Of a stretch of DNA of 64,000 bases, positions 1 through 8,746 are shown one piece after another. Both the position numbers and the translations under genes were made by a program. This stretch comes from a virus (lineage: Duplodnaviria; Caudoviricetes), in IMG/VR virus record IMGVR_UViG_3300008262_000105, positions 1,217 to 65,216 of that record. One strand, given 5' to 3'. Under the pieces are notes generated by a model. It saw only the letters and a program-made list of their open reading frames with translations. It had not been told where the DNA came from and did not search any database. Within the stretch, counting starts at the first letter, position 1. Every line of letters begins with the position of its first letter.

Positions 1-277
1 TTACTGCATCAGGAATATGTCCTTTAAGTTTGTCCAATTTTAATCCACCAACAGGTGCTATTGGAGCTGCAGGTGCTGGAGCCGGAGTTCCTTCTCCCAT
101 TATTTTAGCCCAAGTTGCATCACCAACTATACCATCCGCAGGTAAACCATGCTTAGCTTGGAATTCTTTTACAGCTGCTTCAGTTTTAGGTCCAAAGTTA
201 GTAACTGCTGGAGAGATTCCTAATTTCTCCTGCATTAATTTAACGTTTTCGTTATTATCACCTTTTTTTAATAACAT
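1..277 (-). CDS. N-terminal part of a peptidoglycan-binding-domain protein, probable endolysin (runs off the window edge)
   Basis: Not in the ORF track. Manual translation from the ATG at 277 gives MLLKKGDNNENVKLMQEKLGISPAVTNFGPKTEAAVKEFQAKHGLPADGIVGDATWAKI, a typical PG_binding_1 pattern (FGPxTxxAVxxFQ...GLxxDGIVG), then a Pro/Ala linker. The catalytic domain lies outside the window. Confidence 0.85.
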   Translation of the reverse strand, partial: MLLKKGDNNENVKLMQEKLGISPAVTNFGPKTEAAVKEFQAKHGLPADGIVGDATWAKIMGEGTPAPAPAAPIAPVGGLKLDKLKGHIPDAV

Positions 278-284
278 TATACAA

Positions 285-713
285 TTATTTAGTTTCGTTA
301 GTTATAACTTCTTTTCCATCACCAAAATCAATTACTTCAAAAACTCTTGTCTGAATTTTCTTAGTACCTTCGGCGTTTGTTAATATGATTGAATTTTTAA
401 ACTTCTGCCAATTAATGACAAATGAATTATCTAATACACCACCATTTTCTTCTTTTACAAGTTCATTTAGTGCGTTAATAGTATATAATGTGTTTGATTC
501 TTTCTTTCTATGTATTAAAATAGTGTTTTCCAACGGTGTATCCGGTTGGAATGCGGTATCAATGTTGTACGTGATAAATAACTCATCTAAATTCGCCTTA
601 TTTTGGAGAATATAAATGTAATTATAAACTATGTGATAAGTTTCACGGATTAATTGTAATGTATTCTGTAACTCACCTTTAGTTGTAAACGTACATAATA
701 ACTGTGTTTTCAT
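285..713 (-). CDS. Hypothetical phage protein (142 aa)
   Basis: ATG start, co-oriented, tight spacing to the next gene, preceded by the conserved ATATTTATA motif at 739-747. Confidence 0.8.
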   Translation of the reverse strand: MKTQLLCTFTTKGELQNTLQLIRETYHIVYNYIYILQNKANLDELFITYNIDTAFQPDTPLENTILIHRKKESNTLYTINALNELVKEENGGVLDNSFVINWQKFKNSIILTNAEGTKKIQTRVFEVIDFGDGKEVITNETK

Positions 714-738
714 TCCTTTCTTCCCTTTTTTTCTTATG

Positions 739-747
739 TATAAATAT
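739..747 (-). promoter_or_regulatory. Conserved upstream motif ATATTTATA (putative phage late promoter)
   Basis: About 25 nt upstream of the ATG at 713; the same motif recurs at similar spacing before at least eight other genes. Confidence 0.55.
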
Positions 748-778
748 GAAAATTCGGATGAAAGGGTATTTTCAGTTT

Positions 779-3700
779 TTATCCGTAAATATTTTTATTA
801 GCCGCTTCTAATATTTTTGCAAATCGTCTATCTAATTGCATTTCAAACTTAATTTGGCCACCATATCCTACACCATCTTCTCTCACACCAATAGTTGCAA
901 TAGGAATTACTCTACCTTTTTTACCAGCTTTATATGCCAAATAAGGTGGTTCTTCGTTTGTTACAGCAAATAAACCTTCTTTAATTTGTTCAAAATCAGA
1001 CGTATCAAATATATTCTTTAATACTGCTCTATCTAATGAATTAGGTCCAATAGCCATTGATTCTTCACCCTCACCAACTGCTTTTAATGGAAATTCCTCC
1101 CTAATTGATGCTAACATACCTTGCTTTAACTTATTATTACTTCCCAATGCAGTAATTACATCTTTTTGATGCTTTTTATGAGTTTCTTGAACTTGTTGAA
1201 GATATTTTGTAGATGCTTTATCTCCTTTTTTAGCTGCAGATGCAATAGCTGATAATACTACTTTATTAATATCTCTACTACCTTTACCTACTTTTAATTT
1301 CTCTAATGCTTGTTCTAATGTAATTTTTTTAGATTTAACTATTGCTTGAAATTCAGGATCTTTAGCAGCTAATTTTTGTAAATTTTTCAAATTTTTTGAA
1401 CCAAAATCAAATAATGCTTTTCTTTGATTTTTTTGATATACAACAGGATTAATTTCATCAGAAATATTACTATCCCATTCAGATAGTTTACCTGTGCCAG
1501 AATTTAAAAAGTTTACGGCTGTTGATTTTTTTAGAGATACTTCATCTAAAATCTGATTACCATCTTTTGTTTTTATTTTAAAATATGCGTCTGTTGAAAA
1601 TCCTTTATTCTTTTTATAATCTTTTAATCCCATTGCTTCAACTTCACCTTGAGTATCCCAACTACCAGCTTCAATTGTTGCACCAGGGTATTCCTTAGCT
1701 AATCTATTTCTAATTGCTTTTCTATTATTCATAGCTGCCTGAATCCAACTTTTTGTTACAATTCGTTTTCCTTCTATTTTTAAATCTGGATTTGATTGTA
1801 TTTGTTTTTGTTCATGCTCTATTAATGAATTATAAAATGCTTCGGCTTGTTTATCATCTAAAGTTGTACCAATCATTGTCATTAATTCTCCAGCTTGTGC
1901 TGATATCTGCCCTGCCCCACCTGGCAAATCGGAGAAATGTGACCATTTAGCTGTTTCGTTACTAAATTTAGTGTTCATCATTCTTTCCAATGCTTTCAAA
2001 TGTCTTGGTGGAACTTTTGCACCGGCATACATTTCTTTTGGCAATTTATATGGTTGTGGTGGTGGCCCTACTTGGAATTTTTTATTTTTATCAGAAAACT
2101 TTACATCGTCCGGAACTTGCTTTTGTGTAAATTCTTTTGATTTTAAAGTATCTACTTTAGAAAGCGTTTTATCTTTACCACCTATAATTCTAGAACCTTT
2201 GGTTGGTTCTACTTTTGCTGGTTTTTCTTTTGCTAATCTTTTTTGATATTCCGCATCTCCTTTAAATAATGCTGCGCCCGCTGGTTCTTGCTTAGATGGT
2301 TTAGAAGTTTTATTTTTAGGGTCTTCGTGAGAACCTGATTTAATTGCCGCATCTTTAGATTGCTTTGTTTTGAAGTAAACTATCTTTCCAGTTTCTTTAC
2401 TTCTAGCTGCTAACTTTGGGTCATTATTTGCTTCGTTAAAAATTTCTAACATTATCTCATCAATTACTGAAGTTTCTTTTTTCATATTATCTTCTTCTTT
2501 CTTTTTATTATACGAATCAATCATCGCATCCATTTGTTCAGGACTGATTTTCATGTTTTCCAAACCATCCGCTATTATTTCAGCGAATTTAACAAATTGT
2601 GCATCCATTTCCGATTCACCTTCCGCATCTGCAAATAATGCAGCTCTACCAGCTCCTTTTAAGAAAGTTTCAGCAACAACGTGAGGAACAAATTCAATAG
2701 CAACGTGCTTAGCAAATCCAACAGCTCCATAGGATAATCCACCCAAAGCTGCACCAAAAAGTGCAGTAGTTACTATCTTAACACCAACAGATTTAAGGGC
2801 ATCTTTTTCGTGATGTGATAAATCATTCCAGCCACCAGGTTTACTAAATAAGTTCCCAATAGCTTTTCCAGCAGTTTTGAATTCTTCTACCTCATGTTTA
2901 AATCCATCTTTTACAGCCTTCCATGCACCTCTTGCTTTATCTTTTACTGTTTGAGCTATTGTTCTACGTGGTTCTGACCCTGCTTTGTAATATCCTTTTT
3001 TAAAATATTCTTTTTCATCTTCTTTCCATTTGGATATTTTTTGCTTAATTTTTTCAGAAAAGTTTTTTATTGAACTTACTTTTTTAGGTGGGGTTTCACC
3101 TTTTGGTTGTTCTTCACCAGCTTTACCAGTTGTTTCACCTTGCTTTTTAGCTGCAATTCCTATTTCTTCTGCAAACTTATTACACATTGGAATTGCATCT
3201 TTAATATCCATATCAATAACTTCGCATTTCATTGGTATTTGTTTTTCCGGATATTTTGCATTGTATGCTGCTATTGCAGCCCATCTATGATGCCCATCAA
3301 TTACAAATCCATCCCTACTAACATATATAGGACCTGTTATGCCCGGATTATTAGGGTCTTTTTCCAAAGCTCCCATCATTCCAACTACTTTATCACCACC
3401 CAATTCTGATTGTGTTGCTTTCAATTTATCAGCAGCCACCTCAGTTTGAGTTGTTGTAATTCCTTTTTCTTTTAGCATTTCTCTAAACACCGGTTCGGTA
3501 TCTACTTCACCATCTTTGTTTAGTGGCATTTTTTCTGCCTTACTGCCCGGAACCGGTCTACCTTTGAATTGTGGCATTTGGTTTCTTGGAATACCTAAGT
3601 TATCATCACAATATAAGTTAGTACCAGGTACAGTTACATCACACAAATTTATATCAGGTGCTTTTTCACCTTTAGCTTTTGCATCAGCAACCATTTGTTG

Positions 3701-6364
3701 CACTTTACTTATATCAGTATTAAATTTATCTAAATCTGCTTTATCAATACCATCCGGAATATCAGAAGGAGCTCCAAATGTTTCTGGGTCAGCTTGTGGA
3801 ATTTCCGATTTTACATCTTGTGCTGGGATTGGTTCAAATGTATTTTTTGGTTCATCCGATTTCTTCGCCGTTGGTGGTGGCGGAGGTGGTGGTGGAACTT
3901 CTGCTTTTTTAGGTGGTACAGGCGGTGGCGGTGGAACTTTTTTATCCGTTGGTGGAGTTTCACCTTTTGGAGCTTGAGGTGTTTGCTCAGGCTCTTTATA
4001 TGCCGCTGCCGCTTTTCTAGCTTTGTATGTTGCTTTCTTTTGTGCTCTTGGTGGTAATTCTTGTACTTTAATTTTTTTACCATTTGATAAAGTTGCTGAA
4101 ATTGTCTTTTCAAACAATGCAAATACATCTTCAGTTATAATATCAGAAAATGCCAAATCAACAATCCATTCGGTTCTTACATATCTTGCTTTACCATTTG
4201 GTTTATCAGAATAATACCCACCACCTAAACTATAAATTTTTTGCCCAGAAGATGATGTAGCCTCTTGTCCAGGTTTTTCTTTTTTGATATCTTTTTCATC
4301 ATCTTTTTTGTCCTCCGGCTTTTCAGTATCAGAAGGTTTTTCTGCAGATGGTTCTTTTTTAGTAGGTAATGTTACATCTGGTTTACCATCACTTTTTTTA
4401 ACAACACTTCCAGGTTCTTTACCAGGAATTGTTACATCAGGTTTTTTTGGTTGCTCGGGCTCTTTAGTTGGCTCTTCAGGCTTTTCAGCTGATGGTTGTT
4501 TTGGTTCAACGGATGGTTGCTCAGGTTTTTGTTCACCTTTATTTCTTTCTCTCCACATATCAACGTGAGAATTACCCATTGTTGCAATTACAGTGTATCC
4601 CTGCTCCTCACCCTCTTTTATTTTTCTATCTATTTCTTTCTGTCTATAATCATTAAATGATTGTTGACCTTTTGATAATTCGGTTTCACCATAATTTTGG
4701 TCATCTCTAAAGTTTAACTCATAAAGGTCTTTCTTTTGAGCATCAGAAAGGTTTTCCCAATCTACATCACCATCAAATTCTTTACTACCACCTTTTTTAG
4801 CTTCCCCCACAATCCATTCCTTTGTTTTATCGGTAAGATAATCTTCGGCAGCTAAATCATCTCCCTGCCCAATCATATTAGTCCAAACCGATGCTAATGC
4901 TTTATCTTTATCACCGCCAAATGTTTTTGCAATTTCATCAAATATAGGAGAATCTGAATTTCTTACATCTCCATTTTCATCCCAACTTGCTTCTACACCA
5001 TTTTCAAAGTGATTTAAAAATGCATCTCTAATTTCAGCTTGCTCTCCTACAAAATCAATCTTACCACTATCATCTTTACCAACACCACCTTCGCCAACAA
5101 ACATTACTTTTGCATCTTTTGGAAGTGATGTAATTTGATTAATAGTTTCTTTTGTGCTTTGAGTTCCTTCACCATGTTCTACTCCAATGAGTAAAGAACC
5201 ATTTTCAGTACTTTCCGCATCTAAATTTTCTCCTTCAGAAGATTTTCTTTGTTTAAACTTTGATACAAATTCTTTTGTTTGTTTATCAGCTTCTTCTTTT
5301 GCTTTTTTCATTTTTTCAGTACCAACCTCTAAATCTTTTTTCAGTTGAGCAAATCTTTTTTGCTTTTCAGGTGTCATAAAAGCATCAGGATTATCTGCTT
5401 TAAGTTTTTCTAAAGCTGCTTTTTCTTCCTCTTTTCTTTTTAATTCAGCTTTTTCTTTTTTATATTTTTCTTGTGCAGATAATTGAGTATCATCTTTTTT
5501 AGATGTTTCAGAATCACTAGCTGGTGTTGTATCGGTTCTGCCAGGTTCTTGAACTGGTAGTTCTGTAGTATCCCCACCTTCAGGACCCGTAGCTTTTTCG
5601 GTATCGCTAGCCGATGGTTCATTTGTTTTTGAATCTTTTTCTTTATTCTTTTCGTATGTATCTAAATCTTGTTGAGCCTGAGATGCTACTTCAGGATCAT
5701 CCGACATTGCTTTTTTATTAAGGTCATTATACCAAGTACCTACATTATCAAACCCAGCTGCCTTTGCTAATTCTTTATTTGTTTTTTGATTTGCTGGAGT
5801 TTCTGGTTGTTGGCTTTGTTTTTGAGCATCTTTTGCTAATTGAGCTTGAACTTCTTTTTCTTTGTCCATTCGTGCTGCCATAGCCGGGTCAACCTTTGGG
5901 TCAAACATAGCTTGAGCAGCTTTTGCTTTATCTTCTTCACCACCAGCATCACCACCTTCTTTACCCTTTTCATCTTCAGGTTTTGTTGGTTGTCCTTCAC
6001 CACCCAAATCTTTATTAAGAGCATCTCTTTCTGGTGAACCTTCTGGTGGTAACATTTTTTCTGCGGCTTTACGGCCAGGATGTTCTTTTGGTAATCTTAA
6101 AAGGTTACCAACAATACCTTCTGCATCTTCACCTTTAGTATTTTTATAATTAATCTTTTTATTAAGAGCAGGATTTTTAAAATTACCATCTTCTGCTTCA
6201 GTAAGTGTCTTTATAATTTCTTTTTTGATGTTGGATAATCCCATTTCAGAAAGTACAATACCCAACTCCGTAATATGGGTTGGGTTTTTAATATCAGGCA
6301 TACCATCGTTTACTCTGTATGCCCATTCGGATACTATTTCATTAATTAATTCAGATACACTCAT
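779..6364 (-). CDS. Large multidomain protein (1861 aa): TraB/TIKI/ChaN-like domain, ParB/Srx-like domain, hydrophobic segment and C-terminal PD-(D/E)xK-like region, joined by Lys/Glu/Pro-rich linkers
   Basis: ParB-like motifs LKATQSEL...PIYVSRDGFVIDGHHRWAA; TraB/TIKI-like motifs LLIGVEH...FVGEG...VIATMGNSHV; C-terminal STDAYF...DEVSLKK; poly-Pro tracts. The ORF is certain; the domain calls other than ParB are tentative. Confidence 0.7.
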   Translation of the reverse strand: MSVSELINEIVSEWAYRVNDGMPDIKNPTHITELGIVLSEMGLSNIKKEIIKTLTEAEDGNFKNPALNKKINYKNTKGEDAEGIVGNLLRLPKEHPGRKAAEKMLPPEGSPERDALNKDLGGEGQPTKPEDEKGKEGGDAGGEEDKAKAAQAMFDPKVDPAMAARMDKEKEVQAQLAKDAQKQSQQPETPANQKTNKELAKAAGFDNVGTWYNDLNKKAMSDDPEVASQAQQDLDTYEKNKEKDSKTNEPSASDTEKATGPEGGDTTELPVQEPGRTDTTPASDSETSKKDDTQLSAQEKYKKEKAELKRKEEEKAALEKLKADNPDAFMTPEKQKRFAQLKKDLEVGTEKMKKAKEEADKQTKEFVSKFKQRKSSEGENLDAESTENGSLLIGVEHGEGTQSTKETINQITSLPKDAKVMFVGEGGVGKDDSGKIDFVGEQAEIRDAFLNHFENGVEASWDENGDVRNSDSPIFDEIAKTFGGDKDKALASVWTNMIGQGDDLAAEDYLTDKTKEWIVGEAKKGGSKEFDGDVDWENLSDAQKKDLYELNFRDDQNYGETELSKGQQSFNDYRQKEIDRKIKEGEEQGYTVIATMGNSHVDMWRERNKGEQKPEQPSVEPKQPSAEKPEEPTKEPEQPKKPDVTIPGKEPGSVVKKSDGKPDVTLPTKKEPSAEKPSDTEKPEDKKDDEKDIKKEKPGQEATSSSGQKIYSLGGGYYSDKPNGKARYVRTEWIVDLAFSDIITEDVFALFEKTISATLSNGKKIKVQELPPRAQKKATYKARKAAAAYKEPEQTPQAPKGETPPTDKKVPPPPPVPPKKAEVPPPPPPPPTAKKSDEPKNTFEPIPAQDVKSEIPQADPETFGAPSDIPDGIDKADLDKFNTDISKVQQMVADAKAKGEKAPDINLCDVTVPGTNLYCDDNLGIPRNQMPQFKGRPVPGSKAEKMPLNKDGEVDTEPVFREMLKEKGITTTQTEVAADKLKATQSELGGDKVVGMMGALEKDPNNPGITGPIYVSRDGFVIDGHHRWAAIAAYNAKYPEKQIPMKCEVIDMDIKDAIPMCNKFAEEIGIAAKKQGETTGKAGEEQPKGETPPKKVSSIKNFSEKIKQKISKWKEDEKEYFKKGYYKAGSEPRRTIAQTVKDKARGAWKAVKDGFKHEVEEFKTAGKAIGNLFSKPGGWNDLSHHEKDALKSVGVKIVTTALFGAALGGLSYGAVGFAKHVAIEFVPHVVAETFLKGAGRAALFADAEGESEMDAQFVKFAEIIADGLENMKISPEQMDAMIDSYNKKKEEDNMKKETSVIDEIMLEIFNEANNDPKLAARSKETGKIVYFKTKQSKDAAIKSGSHEDPKNKTSKPSKQEPAGAALFKGDAEYQKRLAKEKPAKVEPTKGSRIIGGKDKTLSKVDTLKSKEFTQKQVPDDVKFSDKNKKFQVGPPPQPYKLPKEMYAGAKVPPRHLKALERMMNTKFSNETAKWSHFSDLPGGAGQISAQAGELMTMIGTTLDDKQAEAFYNSLIEHEQKQIQSNPDLKIEGKRIVTKSWIQAAMNNRKAIRNRLAKEYPGATIEAGSWDTQGEVEAMGLKDYKKNKGFSTDAYFKIKTKDGNQILDEVSLKKSTAVNFLNSGTGKLSEWDSNISDEINPVVYQKNQRKALFDFGSKNLKNLQKLAAKDPEFQAIVKSKKITLEQALEKLKVGKGSRDINKVVLSAIASAAKKGDKASTKYLQQVQETHKKHQKDVITALGSNNKLKQGMLASIREEFPLKAVGEGEESMAIGPNSLDRAVLKNIFDTSDFEQIKEGLFAVTNEEPPYLAYKAGKKGRVIPIATIGVREDGVGYGGQIKFEMQLDRRFAKILEAANKNIYG

Positions 6365-6369
6365 AATGA

Positions 6370-6978
6370 TTAAAATTTGTGGTCAGCTTCTTCGCATATC
6401 ATTTCTAACTCATACCAATGAAATTTTGGTCTTTCGTTAAGGAAAACAAAACACTTCCACTTTTTTTGTTTTTCAAAGTAGATGTGTTTTTGAATGTGTG
6501 ATGGAACTGCTGCACCCGTTGCTACTTTTTTTGCTGGAGTATCAAAGAATGATTTTATTAAAACAGTCAAAGGTTCTACATCATCCCATTTTCTTTCTTG
6601 CTCTTCCAACATTCTCCACTCACCTCTATTAAGGTATTGGTCTTGCATTATTGAATTTAAATATGAGAATGTTTGCTTTAAGTTCACTTCGTTATCAGAG
6701 AATGTTGCTGCTGGAGCACCATGTCCTTTATCGTAGATATTTGCTTTGTAATCTTCACCATCCGATGTTTTAATTCCCTTTTCAGTATAGAAATCCATAT
6801 GACCTCTATTAACATTTGTAGGCCTGTTTGTAGAACGATACTTAATGATTAGGGGTTGTTCTAAAGATTGTGAGTAAAGTACATCAAATACTTCATTTTT
6901 AATTCTAACATCAGGCAATTGCGCCAAAGATGTTACCGAAACTAAAAGGAACAATAATAAAACGGAGATTTTTCTCAT
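6370..6978 (-). CDS. Secreted DNA/RNA non-specific endonuclease (Endonuclease_NS, NucA-like His-Me finger)
   Basis: YDKGHGAPA (DRGH-type catalytic motif) and TFSYLNSIMQDQYLNRGEWRMLE. The likely start is the ATG at 6978 (MRKISVLLLFLLVSVTSLA-Q, a signal peptide), not 7017. Confidence 0.88.
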   Translation of the reverse strand: MRKISVLLLFLLVSVTSLAQLPDVRIKNEVFDVLYSQSLEQPLIIKYRSTNRPTNVNRGHMDFYTEKGIKTSDGEDYKANIYDKGHGAPAATFSDNEVNLKQTFSYLNSIMQDQYLNRGEWRMLEEQERKWDDVEPLTVLIKSFFDTPAKKVATGAAVPSHIQKHIYFEKQKKWKCFVFLNERPKFHWYELEMICEEADHKF

Positions 6979-7002
6979 ATTATAGCATATTTTTGTATAT
7001 AC

Positions 7003-7011
7003 TATAAATAT
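7003..7011 (-). promoter_or_regulatory. Conserved upstream motif ATATTTATA (putative late promoter)
   Basis: About 25 nt upstream of the ATG at 6978. Confidence 0.55.
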
Positions 7012-7016
7012 ACCCA

Positions 7017-8297
7017 CTAAAGGTTTCCGTAAGTTTTTCCCCAGCTTGCTTTAATAGGAAACCCACCATCTTCCAATATACCTTTCAATCCCTTAATTAA
7101 TTCCGTATCCACATCCATAGGTACATCAAATAAGAACGAGTCATAGGTGTAAAGGGTCAAACGTATTTCAGTACCTTTTATATACTCCAACACCTTCCTC
7201 ATTTTCTCAACATTTACTTCCGTTTCAAATGCCTGAAGAAGATAGTTGAATACCTTTTGTGGATTGGCTTGTTCTACCCAACTTAGTGGAATCAATCGGT
7301 TTGGAGTACGGATACAATCACACTCTACCGAATCATCCCAAAAGCGGTCTATGAAATGGGCAACCTTATCAAAGTATGGTATTTGGCGGAACTCATCATC
7401 AATACCACCATATAGTAATCGGAAAGTTACACCCTTAGCCTCATCAATTCCACATCCATATTGGTCAGCTAACCATTGGTGTACGTTTCCATCCGGCATT
7501 TGGTATCCCACTAACTTACCAATTAGTCGTGGGTGATAAGCGTTGTAGTCCATTTGTAGGAATATCCCATCGGCTATGAAACAATCTCTACTACCATCCG
7601 ATTTGTTAAGGGCGGCATAGTTCACACCACCATGTCTATTGGATGGTCTACCCGTCACCGTAAATGGATTGTATTCGGTGAACACTAAGTCACCTTTGAG
7701 ATGTTTGGAAGCTTGAGGCCATCTATCAATAAATTTTTTCCCATCGACCCGGATCCCATATCGTTCAATATCTGAAAGGGTTGGTAAGAATATATCGTTA
7801 TACCAATTATAAGTTTTACTCTTTTGGTTTCTATGTTTAAGTAATTGTGGTTCTATTGCTTCCGCAAGTTTAAGAATGGGAATGGATTGAATGATGTCCT
7901 CTTTGTAACCTTTGTGTAATAAAGGAGCTACTAAGTGTTGTAATGGTTGAGAGTAGTCTATTGTTTCACCGGTCTTTAAGAAATAGGCGGTGTCAACATC
8001 ATTCAGTCCTTCCCTAAGTGTAACAAAAGATTGGAGTAGCTTTTTCTTTTGAAATACCCACTTATCACCGGCGGTATTCAACAACCCCCCTATTTGCTCA
8101 TTAGAGAGTGATAGAGCGTCTGTGTGTTGTTGTGGTACAATATACCTGTCCGATAGGGTTCTTACGAATATAAACGAAATGGTGGTGTTTAATGGGTGCT
8201 TATCATTATCCACCCAAAGCGGATACCAAATGGATGGTTCGGTTTCCAGCTTTACCTTTAATTCGTTTAACTCATCAATAGACTCAACAATTCTCAT
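7017..8297 (-). CDS. Short family A DNA polymerase-like protein (~426 aa)
   Basis: TVTGRPS, motif A MDYNAYHPR, motif B KGVTFRLLYG, NYLLQAFE, motif C LYTYDS. Start moved to the ATG at 8297 (MRIVESIDE) because the ORF-track start lies inside the tmRNA. Confidence 0.82.
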   Translation of the reverse strand: MRIVESIDELNELKVKLETEPSIWYPLWVDNDKHPLNTTISFIFVRTLSDRYIVPQQHTDALSLSNEQIGGLLNTAGDKWVFQKKKLLQSFVTLREGLNDVDTAYFLKTGETIDYSQPLQHLVAPLLHKGYKEDIIQSIPILKLAEAIEPQLLKHRNQKSKTYNWYNDIFLPTLSDIERYGIRVDGKKFIDRWPQASKHLKGDLVFTEYNPFTVTGRPSNRHGGVNYAALNKSDGSRDCFIADGIFLQMDYNAYHPRLIGKLVGYQMPDGNVHQWLADQYGCGIDEAKGVTFRLLYGGIDDEFRQIPYFDKVAHFIDRFWDDSVECDCIRTPNRLIPLSWVEQANPQKVFNYLLQAFETEVNVEKMRKVLEYIKGTEIRLTLYTYDSFLFDVPMDVDTELIKGLKGILEDGGFPIKASWGKTYGNL

Positions 8298-8301
8298 AAC
8301 A

Positions 8302-8333
8302 CAAATATACGAAAAAATCCCCAAATTACCAAA
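8302..8333 (-). promoter_or_regulatory. Bacteroidota housekeeping-sigma promoter (-33 TTTG / -7 TATATTTG) for the polA-like gene
   Basis: Minus strand reads TTTG (8333-8330), 20 nt, TATATTTG (8309-8302), matching the TTTG-N19-21-TAnnTTTG consensus. The ATG follows 4 nt later. Confidence 0.75.
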
Positions 8334-8348
8334 TGTAAAATGGGGATT
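8312..8348 (-). terminator. Hairpin and U-tract downstream of the tmRNA (putative intrinsic terminator)
   Basis: Inverted repeat AATCCCCA (8316-8323) / TGGGGATT (8341-8348) with a T-run at its 3' end on the minus strand. Confidence 0.55.
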
Positions 8349-8355
8349 AAAAAAG

Positions 8356-8733
8356 TGGTGGAGATGACCGGACTCGAACCGGTGTCTTACGAAGTAACCA
8401 TAATACCAGCTTTTCACACGTTTAGGATAAGGTTTAATCTTATTCACCTTCCAAAATAATTGGGGCCGAATGGTTAGTTCAGCGCTACCACCAACCGATT
8501 TATAGTTTCGGTAAACTTAGGTTTCACTTCTTTTTAAAATCTCACGAGTGATGCGAGAGGTGATTAGGCTGCTACAGCGTAATCAGCACCTACGAATGCC
8601 ATAGCATCTTCGAAGGTCCAAGTAGATAATTCTACGTCAGTTATTGTTTGATTCCTTTATTAAAGTGGTTTGAGAACCTTCCCACTACGTGTGATACTAT
8701 GCCTCTCATCGCAATCAATTCCAAAGCATCCCC
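8356..8733 (-). ncRNA. ssrA: tmRNA (transfer-messenger RNA), 378 nt
   Basis: 5' GGGGATG pairs with 3' CATCTCC-ACCA, including the G3:U alanine identity pair. T-arm is CCGG-TTCGAGT-CCGG and the CCA end is encoded. The tag frame follows AATAACT at 8638-8564 and reads DVELSTWTFEDAMAFVGADYAVAA*. Confidence 0.95.
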
Positions 8734-8746
8734 ATATCAATAAATA

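Noticed and set aside
30-615. Plus-strand ORFs 30..383 and 385..615
   Set aside because: Antisense to the peptidoglycan-binding gene and the 142-aa gene; no recognisable features.
8356-8395. tRNA-like T-arm and CCA end that could be called a tRNA
   Set aside because: The pairing 5' end is 378 nt away and a tag frame lies between, so it is a tmRNA.
8298-8447. N-terminal 50 aa of the 476-aa polymerase ORF as given in the track
   Set aside because: Overlaps the tmRNA 3' end, its terminator and the promoter; the ATG at 8297 is the better start.
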